This document shows positions 35,525 through 48,140 of a stretch of DNA of 62,899 bases, piece by piece (the stretch's first letter is position 1; every line of letters starts with the position of its first letter). The position numbers and the translations under genes are program-made. The DNA is from Candidatus Multivorans thiocomprendens (GTDB lineage: Bacteria; Acidobacteriota; Thermoanaerobaculia; Multivoradales; Multivoraceae): NCBI GenBank assembly GCA_027493375.1, contig JAPVWO010000247.1, positions 1 through 62,899 of the forward strand, written 5' to 3'. The notes beneath the pieces are model-generated. The model saw only the letters and a program-made list of their open reading frames with translations. It was not told the DNA's origin and did no database searches.

Positions 35525-37336
35525 TCACTGCCCGGAGCGTGAACGCTCGCCGTGGACCGAAGCGTAGACCGATCTCGCCAGCTTCGGTCCGAGCACATCG
35601 CTCAACTGCTGCTCCGAGGCCTGGGCGACGCCGGCGAAACTGCCGAAGCGGCGGACCAGCAACTTCCGCCGTTGCGGCCCTATCCCCCGCAGGTCGTCGA
35701 AGCGGCTGTGCAGTGCCCTTCGCGAACGGCGTCGTCTGTGGCGGGAGACGGCGAAGCGGTGGGCCTCGTCCCGTACCTGCTGCAGCACCCGCAGGCCCGC
35801 GTGGCTCCGCTTCAGCCGGAGCGGCGCGGGGCGTGCCGGGAGATACAGCTCCTCCTCCCTCTTGGCCAGTCCGACCACGGGCGTTTCGTCGACCCCCAGC
35901 TCCACGAGGGCTTCGAGCGCGGCGTTCAACTGGCCCCGCCCGCCGTCGATGAGGATCAGGTCCGGCATCTCGCCGACCTCGTCGAGTACGCGCCGGTAGC
36001 GGCGACTCACGGCCTGATGGATCGACGCGAAGTCGTCGGCCTGGGACAGGCCGCGGATGTTGAAGCTGCGGTACTGGCCCTTGACCATCCGCCCGTCGTT
36101 CCAGACGACCAGGGATGCCACGGTCTGGCTGCCGCCGAAGGTCGAGATGTCGAAACCCTCGATCCGCCGCGGCGGGTCGGCGAGGTCGAGCGCCTTCCGC
36201 AGCGCCGCGCCGGCCTCGCCGCCGGCGCCCGCGCCGCGGAAGCGGCGGCGAAAGGCCATCGCGGCGTTGCGGTTGGCGAGCGCGATGCGTTGCGCCTTGG
36301 GCCCTCGCGACGGCATGCGGAGGTAGACCCTGGATTCCCTGCGGCTGCTCAGCCACTCGATCAGCGCCTCCTCGCCTTCGATCGGCGCCGGCAGGTGGAT
36401 CTCCTTCGGAATCAGCGTCGTCCGGTCGTAGAGCTGCGGCAGCAGCTCGGAGAGCAGGCGCTCGGCGGTGATCCTGGGCACGCCTTCCCAGAACAGCTCG
36501 CGGCGGTCCAGCACCTGGCCGCCTCGCATGACGAGAACGGTGACCGCCGCGTTGTCGCCGCTCGTGTGGACGCCGAAGATGTCGACATCCTCCCCGCGGG
36601 CCGAACTGAGCTTGCGGCGCTGGCTGACCTCGTCGATCTCGTGAATCGTGTCCCGCAGCCGCGCCGCCGCCTCGAACTCGAGTTCGTCCGCGAGCGTCCG
36701 CATCCGGGTGCGCAGGTCCTTCAGCAGTTCCTCGTTCCGGCCGGCCAGGAACAGCCGGGCCTTCTCCACCGCGTCGGCGTACGCTTCGTCGGTGGTCAGT
36801 CCGTCGACGCAGGGGCCGAGGCAGCGCTTCATGTCGTGGTAGAGGCAGGGCCGCGGCAGGCTGCCGTCGATGTCGATCCGGCAGACCCGGATGCCGAACA
36901 GCTTCTGGGTCAGCTTGATCGCCTTGCGGGCCAGTCCGGCCGGCAGGTAGGGCCCGTAGTACTCCGCTCCATCGCGGCGGATTCGGCGGGTGAAGGCGAG
37001 CCGGGGATGGCCGTCGGCCAGGGTCAGCTTGAGGTACGGATAGGTCTTGTCGTCGCGCAGGCGGATGTTGAAGCGGGGTTGCCGCCGCTTGATCCAGTTG
37101 TTCTCGAACAGCAGGGCTTCCGCTTCGGAGTCGGTCACGACGAACTCGACATCGGCCGCGTCGTGGAGCATCAGCGCGATGCGGGGGTCCTCCGCCGGCT
37201 TGCGGTAGGCGGCGGCCCTGCGCCTGAGGGACTTCGCCTTGCCGACGTAGAGCGCCTCCCCCGCGTCCGACGTAAAGATGTAGATCCCCGGCAGATCCGG
37301 GAGCTCACCGAGCTTGCAGGAAAGCTCCGGGCGCAT
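35525..37336 (-). CDS. uvrC: Excinuclease ABC subunit C
   Basis: PGIY..YVGKAKSL GIY-YIG, RDDKTYPY, RIEGFDIS, IDGGRGQ, RDEAHRFA, HhH. Confidence 0.98.
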   Translation of the reverse strand: MRPELSCKLGELPDLPGIYIFTSDAGEALYVGKAKSLRRRAAAYRKPAEDPRIALMLHDAADVEFVVTDSEAEALLFENNWIKRRQPRFNIRLRDDKTYPYLKLTLADGHPRLAFTRRIRRDGAEYYGPYLPAGLARKAIKLTQKLFGIRVCRIDIDGSLPRPCLYHDMKRCLGPCVDGLTTDEAYADAVEKARLFLAGRNEELLKDLRTRMRTLADELEFEAAARLRDTIHEIDEVSQRRKLSSARGEDVDIFGVHTSGDNAAVTVLVMRGGQVLDRRELFWEGVPRITAERLLSELLPQLYDRTTLIPKEIHLPAPIEGEEALIEWLSSRRESRVYLRMPSRGPKAQRIALANRNAAMAFRRRFRGAGAGGEAGAALRKALDLADPPRRIEGFDISTFGGSQTVASLVVWNDGRMVKGQYRSFNIRGLSQADDFASIHQAVSRRYRRVLDEVGEMPDLILIDGGRGQLNAALEALVELGVDETPVVGLAKREEELYLPARPAPLRLKRSHAGLRVLQQVRDEAHRFAVSRHRRRRSRRALHSRFDDLRGIGPQRRKLLVRRFGSFAGVAQASEQQLSDVLGPKLARSVYASVHGERSRSGQ

Positions 37337-39393
37337 CAGCCCATTACCTTGAGTTCCTGGAGTTCCCTGAGCCGGTCCCGGAGCACCGCGGCCTGCTCGA
37401 ACTCGAGCCGCCTCGAAGCCTGCTTCATGGCCTTCTCCAGGCGCGCGATCCGCCGTTCCAGGGGCATCTCGGGCGCGTCCTCGCGCAACAGATCCTCCAC
37501 CGCGGCCGCCGCTTCGGCCCCAGCCTTGTGCAGGTAGTCCAGGTTGCTCATCCGGACCAGGGGACTGTGCACCTCCTTGAGGATGGAGGCCGGCTCGATT
37601 CCGTGGTCGCGGTTGTAGCGCTCCTGGACCCGGCGCCGCCGCGTTGTCTCCTCGATCGACCTGTCGATCGACTCGGTCCGCTGGTCGGCGTAGAAGATCA
37701 CCCTGCCGTTCAGGTTGCGGGCCGCCCGGCCCGCCGTCTGAATCAGCGACACCTCGCTGCGCAGGAAACCCTCCTTGTCGGCGTCCAGGATGGCGACGAC
37801 GGACACCTCGGGCAGATCGAGGCCCTCGCGCAGAAGGTTGATGCCGACCAGGATGTCGAAGTCGCCGCGGCGCAGTGCGGTCGTGATCTCGACGCGTTCC
37901 AGCGTGTCGATGTCGCTGTGCAGGTAGCGCACTCTGAGGCCGAGCTCGTTCAGGTACTGGGTGAGTTCCTCCGCCATGCGCTTGGTCAGCGTCGTCACCA
38001 GGACGCGCTCGCCGCGGTCGATGGCCTCGCGGGCCTCGGCAACCAGGTCGTCGATCTGATTCGCCGAAGGCCGCAGTTCGATCCTCGGGTCGAGCAGTCC
38101 GGTCGGCCGGATGATCTGTTCCACCACGACCCCGGCAGTCCGTTCCAGCTCGAACGGCCCCGGGGTTGCCGACACGTAGATGCGCTGACCGCAGCGCTCC
38201 TCGAACTCGTCGAAGCGCAGGGGCCGGTTGTCCAGCGCGCTCGGAAGCCGGAAGCCGAACTCCACGAGAGTCTCCTTGCGCGCCCGGTCGCCGCGGTACA
38301 TGCCGCCGACCTGCGGAATCGTCTGGTGGCTCTCGTCGACGACGAGGAGGAAGTCCTCGGGCAGGTAGTCGAGGAAGGTCGGCGGCGCTTCGCCGGGCGC
38401 CCGTCCGGAGAGGTGGCGGGAGTAGTTCTCGATACCGGCGCAGGAGCCCAGTTCGCGGAGCATCTCCAGGTCGTAGCGGGTTCTCTGCTCCAGACGCTGC
38501 ATCTCGAGCAGACGGTTCTCGCGCTCCAGAACCGACAGGTGCTCGCCGAGTTCTTCGCGGATCGATGCGATCGCCCGCCGCATCCGCTCCTCCGGCGTCA
38601 CGTAGTGGTTGCGCGGAAAGACCGGGATCCGGTCCACCTCCTCGAGGACCCGGCCGCTGATCGCATCGAAGCGGCAGACCCGGTCGACCTCGTCGCCGAA
38701 GTACTCGACCCGGATGCCGCGGTCGTCGTAGGCGGGGAGAATCTCGAGCACGTCGCCCCGCACCCGGAAGCTGCCGTGGAAGAGATCGAGACGGGTGCGT
38801 TCGTACTGCATCTCGGCCAGGCTCCGCTGGGCCCGTTCGAGCGGCAGTTCGACCCCGCGCTCGAAGAACTGGAGCATCGAAAAGAAGACGTCCGGCGCGC
38901 CAAGACCGTAGATGCAGGAGACGGAAGCCACGATCACCACGTCGCGGCGCTCGAACAGGGAGATCGTGGCCCGCAACCGCAGGCGGTCGATCTCGTCGTT
39001 GATGCTCGTTTCCTTCTCGATGTAGGTGTCGGACTGGGGGACGTAGGCCTCGGGCTGGTAGTAGTCGTAGTAGGAGACGAAGTACTCCACCGCGTTGTGC
39101 GGGAAGAAGCTCCTGAACTCCTGGTAGAGCTGGGCAGCCAGCGTCTTGTTGTGAGAGAGGACGAGCGTCGGCCGGTTCACGGCCTCGATCACCTTGGCAA
39201 CCGTGTAGGTCTTGCCCGAACCCGTGACGCCGAGCAGCACCTGTTCGGGGGCGCCGGTCCGGACTCCGTCGGCAAGTTCAGCGATCGCCGCCGGCTGATC
39301 GCCCTGCGGGCTGAAAGGAGACACCAGCTCGAAACGTCCGGTGCTCCCGGCGTCGGGAGGGCGCTCGGCCCGGGAATCGGCGGCCCCCCGCAA
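37336..39393 (-). CDS. uvrB: Excinuclease ABC subunit B
   Basis: [47 protein letters not shown]-terminal UVR domain. Confidence 0.98.
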   Translation of the reverse strand: MRGAADSRAERPPDAGSTGRFELVSPFSPQGDQPAAIAELADGVRTGAPEQVLLGVTGSGKTYTVAKVIEAVNRPTLVLSHNKTLAAQLYQEFRSFFPHNAVEYFVSYYDYYQPEAYVPQSDTYIEKETSINDEIDRLRLRATISLFERRDVVIVASVSCIYGLGAPDVFFSMLQFFERGVELPLERAQRSLAEMQYERTRLDLFHGSFRVRGDVLEILPAYDDRGIRVEYFGDEVDRVCRFDAISGRVLEEVDRIPVFPRNHYVTPEERMRRAIASIREELGEHLSVLERENRLLEMQRLEQRTRYDLEMLRELGSCAGIENYSRHLSGRAPGEAPPTFLDYLPEDFLLVVDESHQTIPQVGGMYRGDRARKETLVEFGFRLPSALDNRPLRFDEFEERCGQRIYVSATPGPFELERTAGVVVEQIIRPTGLLDPRIELRPSANQIDDLVAEAREAIDRGERVLVTTLTKRMAEELTQYLNELGLRVRYLHSDIDTLERVEITTALRRGDFDILVGINLLREGLDLPEVSVVAILDADKEGFLRSEVSLIQTAGRAARNLNGRVIFYADQRTESIDRSIEETTRRRRVQERYNRDHGIEPASILKEVHSPLVRMSNLDYLHKAGAEAAAAVEDLLREDAPEMPLERRIARLEKAMKQASRRLEFEQAAVLRDRLRELQELKVMG

Positions 39394-39394
39394 G

Positions 39395-39862
39395 TCAGCC
39401 TCCCGGATCGGATGCCGCGATGTTCTCGAGGCGCTCCGTCAGGCGGCGCAGGTCGTCCTCGTCGAAGAGGCCCCGCTCGAGCCTTCGGAGCGCGTCGGTG
39501 AGCGCCAGTTGGAGGCGGCGGTTGTCGGCCGCCGTGGCGCCGCCGCCCCGGTAGTGCTCGAGCACGGAATCGAACGCCCGCTCCAGGCGTTGACGTTCCG
39601 CGTGCTCTACATCCTCCGGCAGGTCCGTCACGATCCGTTCCCGGCTGAAGTCCAGGACGAACTCGAGCAGTTCGTCGGCTTGGGTGACCAGGACGGCCAG
39701 GCCGACCAGCAGCAGCACCACGATCAGCCCGCAGCCCACGAGGCCCGCGACCAGGCAGCCGCGACGCGTACGTTCCGGACTCGCCGGTCGTGCCCCCGGC
39801 GGCTCGGGGAAGGGTTCCGGCAGCGGCGGCAGGCCGGACGCCTGGTCGGCTTCGGGAGTCAT
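39395..39862 (-). CDS. Hypothetical single-TM membrane protein
   Basis: Pro-rich N-terminus, [24 protein letters not shown] segment, helical C-terminal domain; abuts uvrB. Confidence 0.7.
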   Translation of the reverse strand: MTPEADQASGLPPLPEPFPEPPGARPASPERTRRGCLVAGLVGCGLIVVLLLVGLAVLVTQADELLEFVLDFSRERIVTDLPEDVEHAERQRLERAFDSVLEHYRGGGATAADNRRLQLALTDALRRLERGLFDEDDLRRLTERLENIAASDPGG

Positions 39863-39888
39863 GGAACGCGCCGTATGATAGTCGGGAG

Positions 39889-42378
39889 ATGAATGCGGCA
39901 CGGGAAGTCCCGGACCTGGTGCGGGGCTGGTGCGTCAGGCACTGGCGCTGGCTGGCGCCGGTCGCCGCCACCCCGGTCGTGGGGGTGTTGCTGGGCGTCG
40001 GCGTCGCCGCCGTGATCGACCTGCCCCAGGTGGAGACCGTGGCCGAACTGACGCCCAGTCAGATCACCCGGCTGAGCGACCGCGACGGAGAACCCTTCAG
40101 GAGCTACTCGGTCGAGAAACGCATCCTGCTCGCCGAGGGCGAGGTGCCGGAAGCGTTCACGCGGGTCCTGCTAGCCGCTGAGGACCGGAGTTTCTACACT
40201 CACGGCGGCTTCGACATCATCGGCGTCTTTCGCGCGGTTCTCCAGAACTGGCGGCGCGGGGAGCGTTTCTCGGGCGCCTCCACGATCACCATGCAGGTTG
40301 CGCGGATGCTCTTCCTGGACCGGGCCAAGGTCTGGCGTCGGAAGATCCGGGAGACCCTGCTCGCGGTCGAACTCGAGAAGCGTCTCAGCAAGCAGCAGAT
40401 CCTCACGCTCTACTGCAACCTCACCTACTTCGGCCACGGCAACTACGGCGTGGAATCCGCGTCCCGTTACTACTTCGGCAAGCCATCCGCCGAACTGAGC
40501 TACAGCGAGGCGGCGACCCTGGTGGCGATCGTGCCGAGCCCGAGCGTGTGGACGCCCTACCTGCGGCCGGAGATCGTGCGTACCCGTCGGGACGCCATCC
40601 TGCGGATGCTCGGCGAACGCGGCGTGATGACGCGGCAGGAGGCCGTCGAGGCGGCCGCGACGCCGCTCGACGTCGTCACCCAGCGGGAGCCGAAGCCGGT
40701 CGCGCCCTACTTCGCGGAGAAGGTCCGCCTGGACCTCTACCGCGCGTATGGACAGAAGGGGCTGTACGAGCGCGGCCTGCAGGTCCGGACCACCCTCGAC
40801 CAGAGAATGCAGGGCGCCGCCGCGCAGGCGCTGCGCGGCGGGCTGATGCGGATCGATCGCCTGCGCGGCTACCGCGGAGCGGTCGCCCGCGTGGACCAGG
40901 ACGATCTGGCGGCCCCGGACCTGGCCGAGTCGTTCGGCGGCGTCCTGGCCAGGTGGGTCGGCTTCGAGCCCGAGGCCGGCGCCTGGGCGCCGGGCGTCGT
41001 TCTCCAGCGCGGGCGGGAGAACGCGGAGATTCGGATCGCGGATCACCGCTTCCTGCTGGAGCCGGCCGGCTACGAGTGGACGCGCGGGGATTCGCCGCCC
41101 CTGAGAAGGGGCGACATCGCCTGGTTCGAGTTGCGGACCGCCGCCGATGGCGCGCCGGGCGAGGAGGGAGCGGACCAGCCGCCGTTCGAGCTGGAACTCG
41201 TCCAGGAGCCGCGGATCGAGGGCGCGGTCCTGCTGCTCGAGTCCGCGACCGGCGCGGTGCGGGCGATGGTCGGAGGCTGGGACTACGAACGCAGCGAGTT
41301 CAACCGCGCCTTCCAGGCCCGGCGACAGGTCGGCTCCCTGTTCAAGCCGCTCGTCTTCGGCGCCGCCTTCGAGCACGGCTTCACCCCGGCCGACACCCTG
41401 TTCGACGCGCCCGCCGTGTTCCTGGGCGCCGACAACCAGCTCGACTACAGTCCCCGAAACTTCTACCGGCAGTACCTGGGCATCCTGACCCTGCGCCGGG
41501 CCCTGGAAAGGTCGGTCAACGTCACGTCGGTCAAGCTGCACGACATCGTCGGGGCTGACCGGGTCGTCGACTTCGCCCACCGCACGGGAATCCGTTCACC
41601 GCTTCTGCCCTACCCGAGCCTCGCCCTGGGCGCGGCCGACCTCACCGTGCTCGAGGTGGCCACCTCCTATGCGACCATCGCCAACCTGGGAGTCCATGTG
41701 GAGCCCTACTTCGTCGAACGGGTCACGACCCGCGACGGCCGGGAACTCGCTGCTCACGTGCCGCGGGCATCGACGGTCGTCACGCCCGAAGTCGCCTTCC
41801 TGCTCACGCATGTGCTCTCCGGCGTGGTCCAGCGCGGCACGGGCCAGTCCGCACGGGCGCTGGGCCTCGCGGCCGTCGCCGGAAAGACCGGTACGACGGA
41901 CGGCTTCACGGATGCCTGGTTCGCGGGCTTCACGCCCAGGTACACCCTGGTCGTCTGGGTCGGCTACGACCAGCAGCGGCGCATCGGCAGAAACATGACC
42001 GGCGCCGTGGCGGCGCTGCCGATCTGGAACGAAGTGCTCCGCCTGGGCATCGAGGACGGCTGGGTGGACCCCGATCTGACCTTCACCAGGCCCAACCAGG
42101 TGCGGCTCCGGCAGGTCGAGTACCACTCCGGCCTCCTGCCGTCACGCCGCCTCTCCGGCCAGCGCGTCATCGAAGAGGCCTTCATCGCCGGCACCGAACC
42201 GGTCCTTTCGTTCGACCCGGAAACCCGTGCCGTCTACGACCTGCCGTGGTATCAGCAACGCGCACTGTACGGCGAGCCCAAGGCGGGAGAGAACATGCCG
42301 GAAGACCTCCCCGACTGGACGCCGATCAGGCGCGGCTGGCAGCAGGGCGACAGGGCCGAGGCGCGAGGCACGGGCTAG
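39889..42378 (+). CDS. Class A penicillin-binding protein (PBP1A family)
   Basis: GT51 motifs EDRSFYTHGG and GASTITMQ; transpeptidase SLFK, SVN, KTGT. Confidence 0.95.
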   Translation: MNAAREVPDLVRGWCVRHWRWLAPVAATPVVGVLLGVGVAAVIDLPQVETVAELTPSQITRLSDRDGEPFRSYSVEKRILLAEGEVPEAFTRVLLAAEDRSFYTHGGFDIIGVFRAVLQNWRRGERFSGASTITMQVARMLFLDRAKVWRRKIRETLLAVELEKRLSKQQILTLYCNLTYFGHGNYGVESASRYYFGKPSAELSYSEAATLVAIVPSPSVWTPYLRPEIVRTRRDAILRMLGERGVMTRQEAVEAAATPLDVVTQREPKPVAPYFAEKVRLDLYRAYGQKGLYERGLQVRTTLDQRMQGAAAQALRGGLMRIDRLRGYRGAVARVDQDDLAAPDLAESFGGVLARWVGFEPEAGAWAPGVVLQRGRENAEIRIADHRFLLEPAGYEWTRGDSPPLRRGDIAWFELRTAADGAPGEEGADQPPFELELVQEPRIEGAVLLLESATGAVRAMVGGWDYERSEFNRAFQARRQVGSLFKPLVFGAAFEHGFTPADTLFDAPAVFLGADNQLDYSPRNFYRQYLGILTLRRALERSVNVTSVKLHDIVGADRVVDFAHRTGIRSPLLPYPSLALGAADLTVLEVATSYATIANLGVHVEPYFVERVTTRDGRELAAHVPRASTVVTPEVAFLLTHVLSGVVQRGTGQSARALGLAAVAGKTGTTDGFTDAWFAGFTPRYTLVVWVGYDQQRRIGRNMTGAVAALPIWNEVLRLGIEDGWVDPDLTFTRPNQVRLRQVEYHSGLLPSRRLSGQRVIEEAFIAGTEPVLSFDPETRAVYDLPWYQQRALYGEPKAGENMPEDLPDWTPIRRGWQQGDRAEARGTG

Positions 42379-43613
42379 GGCCCAGGCTCCGGCCGCACGC
42401 CGACCAGGGCGTAGTCGCGGTAGCCGAACAGGAAGTCGTCTAGCTCGTCCCGGAGCCGATTCAGCCGGTCGGCCAGTTCCCGGCACTGACCGTCCAGTCC
42501 GTCGAGCGGGATCTCCGGCAGGCGCTCCTCCTCGGGATACGGCCGGAGGTCGAGCCGTTCGATACCGGTGAAGCCCGCCTGTTCGTAGCAGGCGGACAAG
42601 GCCTCCGGATGCACCGGCCTGCGGTGTGTCGGATCGAGCCAGAAGCTGCGGGCCGTCACCGCGACGGAGAGCGGATTCGGCGTTTCCAGCACCAGAGTCC
42701 CACCCGGCCGCAGGGCCGCGAATGCGAGGCGCACCAGACGTTCGACGTCCTCGGGAGCCAGATGCTCGATGACGTGGAAGGAGACGACGCCACCCAGAGA
42801 AGCCGGCTCGGTCCGAGTCAGTGCGGACAGCGCGTCCATCTGGTCGACGGCGAGACCCTGCTCACGGCAGTGGCGGACCATCGCCGAAGAGGGATCGACA
42901 CCGCGGCACTCCACGCCCTCGGCTTCCAGCAGCGTCAGGGCTTCACCCCGACCGCAGCCGAGGTCCAGGACCGGCGCCGCCTGACGGAGCCGCGGCAGAT
43001 AGACGCGGATGCGATCCCGGATGTCCTGCTCGGCGCCGCGAAACCTGTGCTCGAAGCCGATGTAGGAGACGTCCGCGTCGGCCTCCCGGAGTCCCTTCTC
43101 CCCTTCGGGACCCCGGGCCAGGGCCGCCCTCAACAGCCCCGCCAGTTCGTCCGTTTCCCGCCGGTAGCGGTCCAGCTTCCGGTCGACGCGGCCGAACAGG
43201 GCGTCGTCGTGGCGCATGACCTCGTCGAGTCCCTGGCGCAGGAAGTTCTCCAGGTGTCGCGTCCGGTGGTCGAGGTCGCCGATGCGCTGCTCGAACAGTC
43301 GCTCCACGCGTTCCTGGTGATCCCTCCACGCCTGGAGGTGGTGCTCGAAGACATCGATCAGGATCAGGTTGAAGACCCGCTGCCGCTCCCAGAGATCGTT
43401 CTGGGGCAGCGAAACGAAGGGGCGTAGCAGCCGCTTGAAGGCGACGAGCAGACGGCCGGCGACGCCGCGATGGCTGCGAATCGGAAACGGGATGTCCCGC
43501 TCCCAGAGGTGGCGCCAGTCGCCGAGATCACGCGTGGGCTGTTCTCCCAGGAAGTCGTCGACTTCCGGTGAGGCTCCCGCGCCGGAGCTTTCGCTATCGG
43601 CCCTAGGTTTCAG
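42375..43613 (-). CDS. Class I SAM-dependent methyltransferase with N-terminal helical extension (proposed CTG start)
   Basis: FEHRFRG, VLDLGCGRGE, FHVIEHL, LETPNP, FWLDPTH. The frame is open for 102 codons upstream of GTG 43307. Confidence 0.85.
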   Translation of the reverse strand: MKPRADSESSGAGASPEVDDFLGEQPTRDLGDWRHLWERDIPFPIRSHRGVAGRLLVAFKRLLRPFVSLPQNDLWERQRVFNLILIDVFEHHLQAWRDHQERVERLFEQRIGDLDHRTRHLENFLRQGLDEVMRHDDALFGRVDRKLDRYRRETDELAGLLRAALARGPEGEKGLREADADVSYIGFEHRFRGAEQDIRDRIRVYLPRLRQAAPVLDLGCGRGEALTLLEAEGVECRGVDPSSAMVRHCREQGLAVDQMDALSALTRTEPASLGGVVSFHVIEHLAPEDVERLVRLAFAALRPGGTLVLETPNPLSVAVTARSFWLDPTHRRPVHPEALSACYEQAGFTGIERLDLRPYPEEERLPEIPLDGLDGQCRELADRLNRLRDELDDFLFGYRDYALVGVRPEPGP

Positions 43614-44049
43614 GCACTACCTCGATGGCGACTTCGGCGATGACTTCCGTGTGGAGGTCGACCCGCACCAGGTGCTCGCCCACCGTCTTGATGCCGCCGG
43701 TGAGGTCGATCATGCGGCGATCCACCTGCACCCCGGCGGCGGCGAGCGCCTCGGTCACCTCCGTGGGGGTCACGGAGCCGTACAGCGTCCCCGTCTCGCT
43801 GGCTCGCTTGGGAATGGTCAGCTTGACCGCCGCGAGCTCCGCCGCGACCTCGGCGGCGGCCGAGCGCTCGGCCTCGTGGCGAGCGTCGAACTTCTTCCGC
43901 TGCGATTCGAACCAGAGCCGGTTCGAATCGGTGGAAGGCGCGGCCAGCTCCCTTGGATAGAGGTAGTTGCGGGCGTACCCGGGCTTCACGTCGACCACCT
44001 GGCCGCGCGTCCCCAGCCCTCTCATGTCCTGTAGCAGGATGACTTCCAT
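43603..44049 (-). CDS. rplI: 50S ribosomal protein L9
   Basis: MEVILLQD..GLG..G.VVDVKPGYARNYL; LYGSVT. Confidence 0.97.
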   Translation of the reverse strand: MEVILLQDMRGLGTRGQVVDVKPGYARNYLYPRELAAPSTDSNRLWFESQRKKFDARHEAERSAAAEVAAELAAVKLTIPKRASETGTLYGSVTPTEVTEALAAAGVQVDRRMIDLTGGIKTVGEHLVRVDLHTEVIAEVAIEVVPET

Positions 44050-44091
44050 TGCTTCGTTCCTCGCCGTCCCGGTCGCCGCCGACGCCGGCGG

Positions 44092-44322
44092 TCAGTCCGT
44101 GGTGTAGGGGATCAGGGCCAGGAACCGGGCCCGTCGGAGCGCGCGGGCGAGCATCCGCTGGTGGCGCGCGGAGTTGCCCGAAATCCTCCGGGGCAGGATC
44201 TTGGCCCTTTCCGGCACGAAGGAGCGCAGCGTGGCCACATCCTTGTAGTCGATGTACTCGATCCCGTCGGCGGTGAACTTGCACACCTTGCGGCGACGGA
44301 AGAAGGTTCTGCGTTTGGGCAT
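44092..44322 (-). CDS. rpsR: 30S ribosomal protein S18
   Basis: [24 protein letters not shown]. Confidence 0.97.
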   Translation of the reverse strand: MPKRRTFFRRRKVCKFTADGIEYIDYKDVATLRSFVPERAKILPRRISGNSARHQRMLARALRRARFLALIPYTTD

Positions 44323-44324
44323 CT

Positions 44325-44711
44325 CTAGACGCCTCCAGCCGCTTGGCTCGGGACGGTCGCCATGGTCGTCTGCTGGACCGGCTCCTTGCCCTTGCTGGCG
44401 GCGCGTTTCAGGTCGAGGTCGGTCCGCACCACCAAGTGGCGCAGGACCTTCTCGTTCTGGAGCATCCGCTGTCCGATCTCCGCGAGGCCGTTGCCGCCTC
44501 CGTCGGACTCCAGGTAGTAGATGTGGTAGCGGCCCTCGGTGAACTTCTTGATCGGATAGGCGAGCCGCCGCTTGCCCCAGGATTCCTCCTGCGTGAGCCG
44601 CAGCTTGCGGTCAGCGACCAGCAGCTTGCCGAAGGCATCGCTCAACTCCACGGCCTCTTCATCCGAGAGGCGTGGATCGGCGATGAAGACGAGTTCGTAT
44701 GTACGGGTCAA
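44325..44711 (-). CDS. rpsF: 30S ribosomal protein S6 (TTG start)
   Basis: [29 protein letters not shown]; SD GAGGA upstream. Confidence 0.95.
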   Translation of the reverse strand: MTRTYELVFIADPRLSDEEAVELSDAFGKLLVADRKLRLTQEESWGKRRLAYPIKKFTEGRYHIYYLESDGGGNGLAEIGQRMLQNEKVLRHLVVRTDLDLKRAASKGKEPVQQTTMATVPSQAAGGV

Positions 44712-44766
44712 TCGTTCATCCTCGTAGGGTGTGGCCGGCCCGCGGACCGGAACGAATCGGCGGCGG

Positions 44767-44775
44767 AATCTATCA
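44767..44775 (-). promoter_or_regulatory. Extended -10 promoter candidate for rpsF-rpsR-rplI
   Basis: TG-A-TAGATT about 55 nt upstream of the rpsF start. Confidence 0.5.
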
Positions 44776-44782
44776 CGGTCCG

Positions 44783-46855
<2,073 letters not shown>

Positions 46856-46868
46856 TATCCGTTTCCTC

Positions 46869-47459
46869 TCATCCGTTGTACTCGTTCATCGTGACTTCGA
46901 CGCCTCGGTCAACCCAACTCAGGACGCAGTCGGCGGCCCGCCGCACCATTCGTTCCGCCGTTTCGACTTCGCCCGCCGCGAAGGGAGCGAGCACGAAGTC
47001 CGGAAGGTCTTCCCCGCGGCCGGCCGCGGCCGCCGCCGCTTCGTCCGGCGCGATGCCCAGCCGCAGCCGCGGCACCGCCGTCGTGCGCAGGTTCTCGATG
47101 ACCGACTCCATGCCGCGATGCCCGCCGGGACTCCCCTTGCCACGAAGCCGGAGCCGCCCCAGGGGCAAGTGGACTTCGTCGTAGACGACCAGGATGTTCC
47201 GGGGAGCATAGCCATTCCGTTCGGAGAGACAGCGCGCGCTGTAGCCGCTGCGATTCATGTAGGTCTGCGGCATCGCCAGGTCGATTCGGTCGTTGGAGGC
47301 CCAGACCGCTCCGCACACGTCCAGTCCGGGTCGGACGCCCAGACGCCGGGCCAGCTCGTCGACGACCCGGAAGCCGAGGTTGTGACGCGTGTCGGCGTAA
47401 CGCCCGCCCGGATTCCCGAGCCCCAGAACCAGACGCGCTTCGTCGCTACGTGTCTCCAT
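46869..47459 (-). CDS. pth: Peptidyl-tRNA hydrolase
   Basis: GLGNPG..Y..TRHNLGF, TYMNRSG, GGHRG. Confidence 0.96.
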   Translation of the reverse strand: METRSDEARLVLGLGNPGGRYADTRHNLGFRVVDELARRLGVRPGLDVCGAVWASNDRIDLAMPQTYMNRSGYSARCLSERNGYAPRNILVVYDEVHLPLGRLRLRGKGSPGGHRGMESVIENLRTTAVPRLRLGIAPDEAAAAAAGRGEDLPDFVLAPFAAGEVETAERMVRRAADCVLSWVDRGVEVTMNEYNG

Positions 47460-48114
47460 CTTCGGATTCGTCCTCGTCGCCGACCCGTTCGGGTTCGTCG
47501 GTGAGGGCCTCGAGCAGCTCGCCTTCCTCCGGCTCCTCGACCTCTTCCTCGACCACCCGGGCGGCGGCGACCGACACGATCACCTTGCTCTCTTCCTCGC
47601 TCAGCGTCACCGCGTCCGGAAGGACCAGTTCCCCGGCCTCCACATGCTGGCCGATGTGCAGGGGCGAAACATCGAGTTCGATCGAGACGGGAATGTCGCC
47701 GGGCAGGCAGACCACGCCCACTTCCCGGGTGATGAACTCGAGCAGTCCGCCCTCGTTCCGTACGCCCTCGGCCGTGCCCACGACCTCGACGGGCACGGAT
47801 ACCTGGACTTCCCGGTCCATCTTGACGCGTTGGAAGTCGATGTGGACCAGCGCGCCCGTCAACGGGTTCCACTGCAGGTCCCGGATCATCGTGTGGCGCG
47901 TCCGCTCGGTGCCCTCGAGCTGGAGCAGAAAGACGGCGTTCTCGCCCCCCTCCCGAATCAGGCTCTGCACCATCTTGCCGTCGACGCGGATCGCGGCCGA
48001 ATCGGCGCTGCCGCCGTAGACCACGGCGGGAATCTCACCGGCCGCCCGGAGGCGGCGGTTCGCGTTCTTGCCGGTCTGCTCGCGCAGCCGGACGGTAACG
48101 GTGGGTTCGCTCAC
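47446..48114 (-). CDS. rplY: 50S ribosomal protein L25/Ctc
   Basis: GKNANRRLR..GEIPAVVYG, HIDFQ, C-terminal Ctc domain and acidic tail. Confidence 0.96.
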   Translation of the reverse strand: MSEPTVTVRLREQTGKNANRRLRAAGEIPAVVYGGSADSAAIRVDGKMVQSLIREGGENAVFLLQLEGTERTRHTMIRDLQWNPLTGALVHIDFQRVKMDREVQVSVPVEVVGTAEGVRNEGGLLEFITREVGVVCLPGDIPVSIELDVSPLHIGQHVEAGELVLPDAVTLSEEESKVIVSVAAARVVEEEVEEPEEGELLEALTDEPERVGDEDESEDGDT

Positions 48115-48140
48115 TTCGAACTCCTCAGGTGACGTACGGC

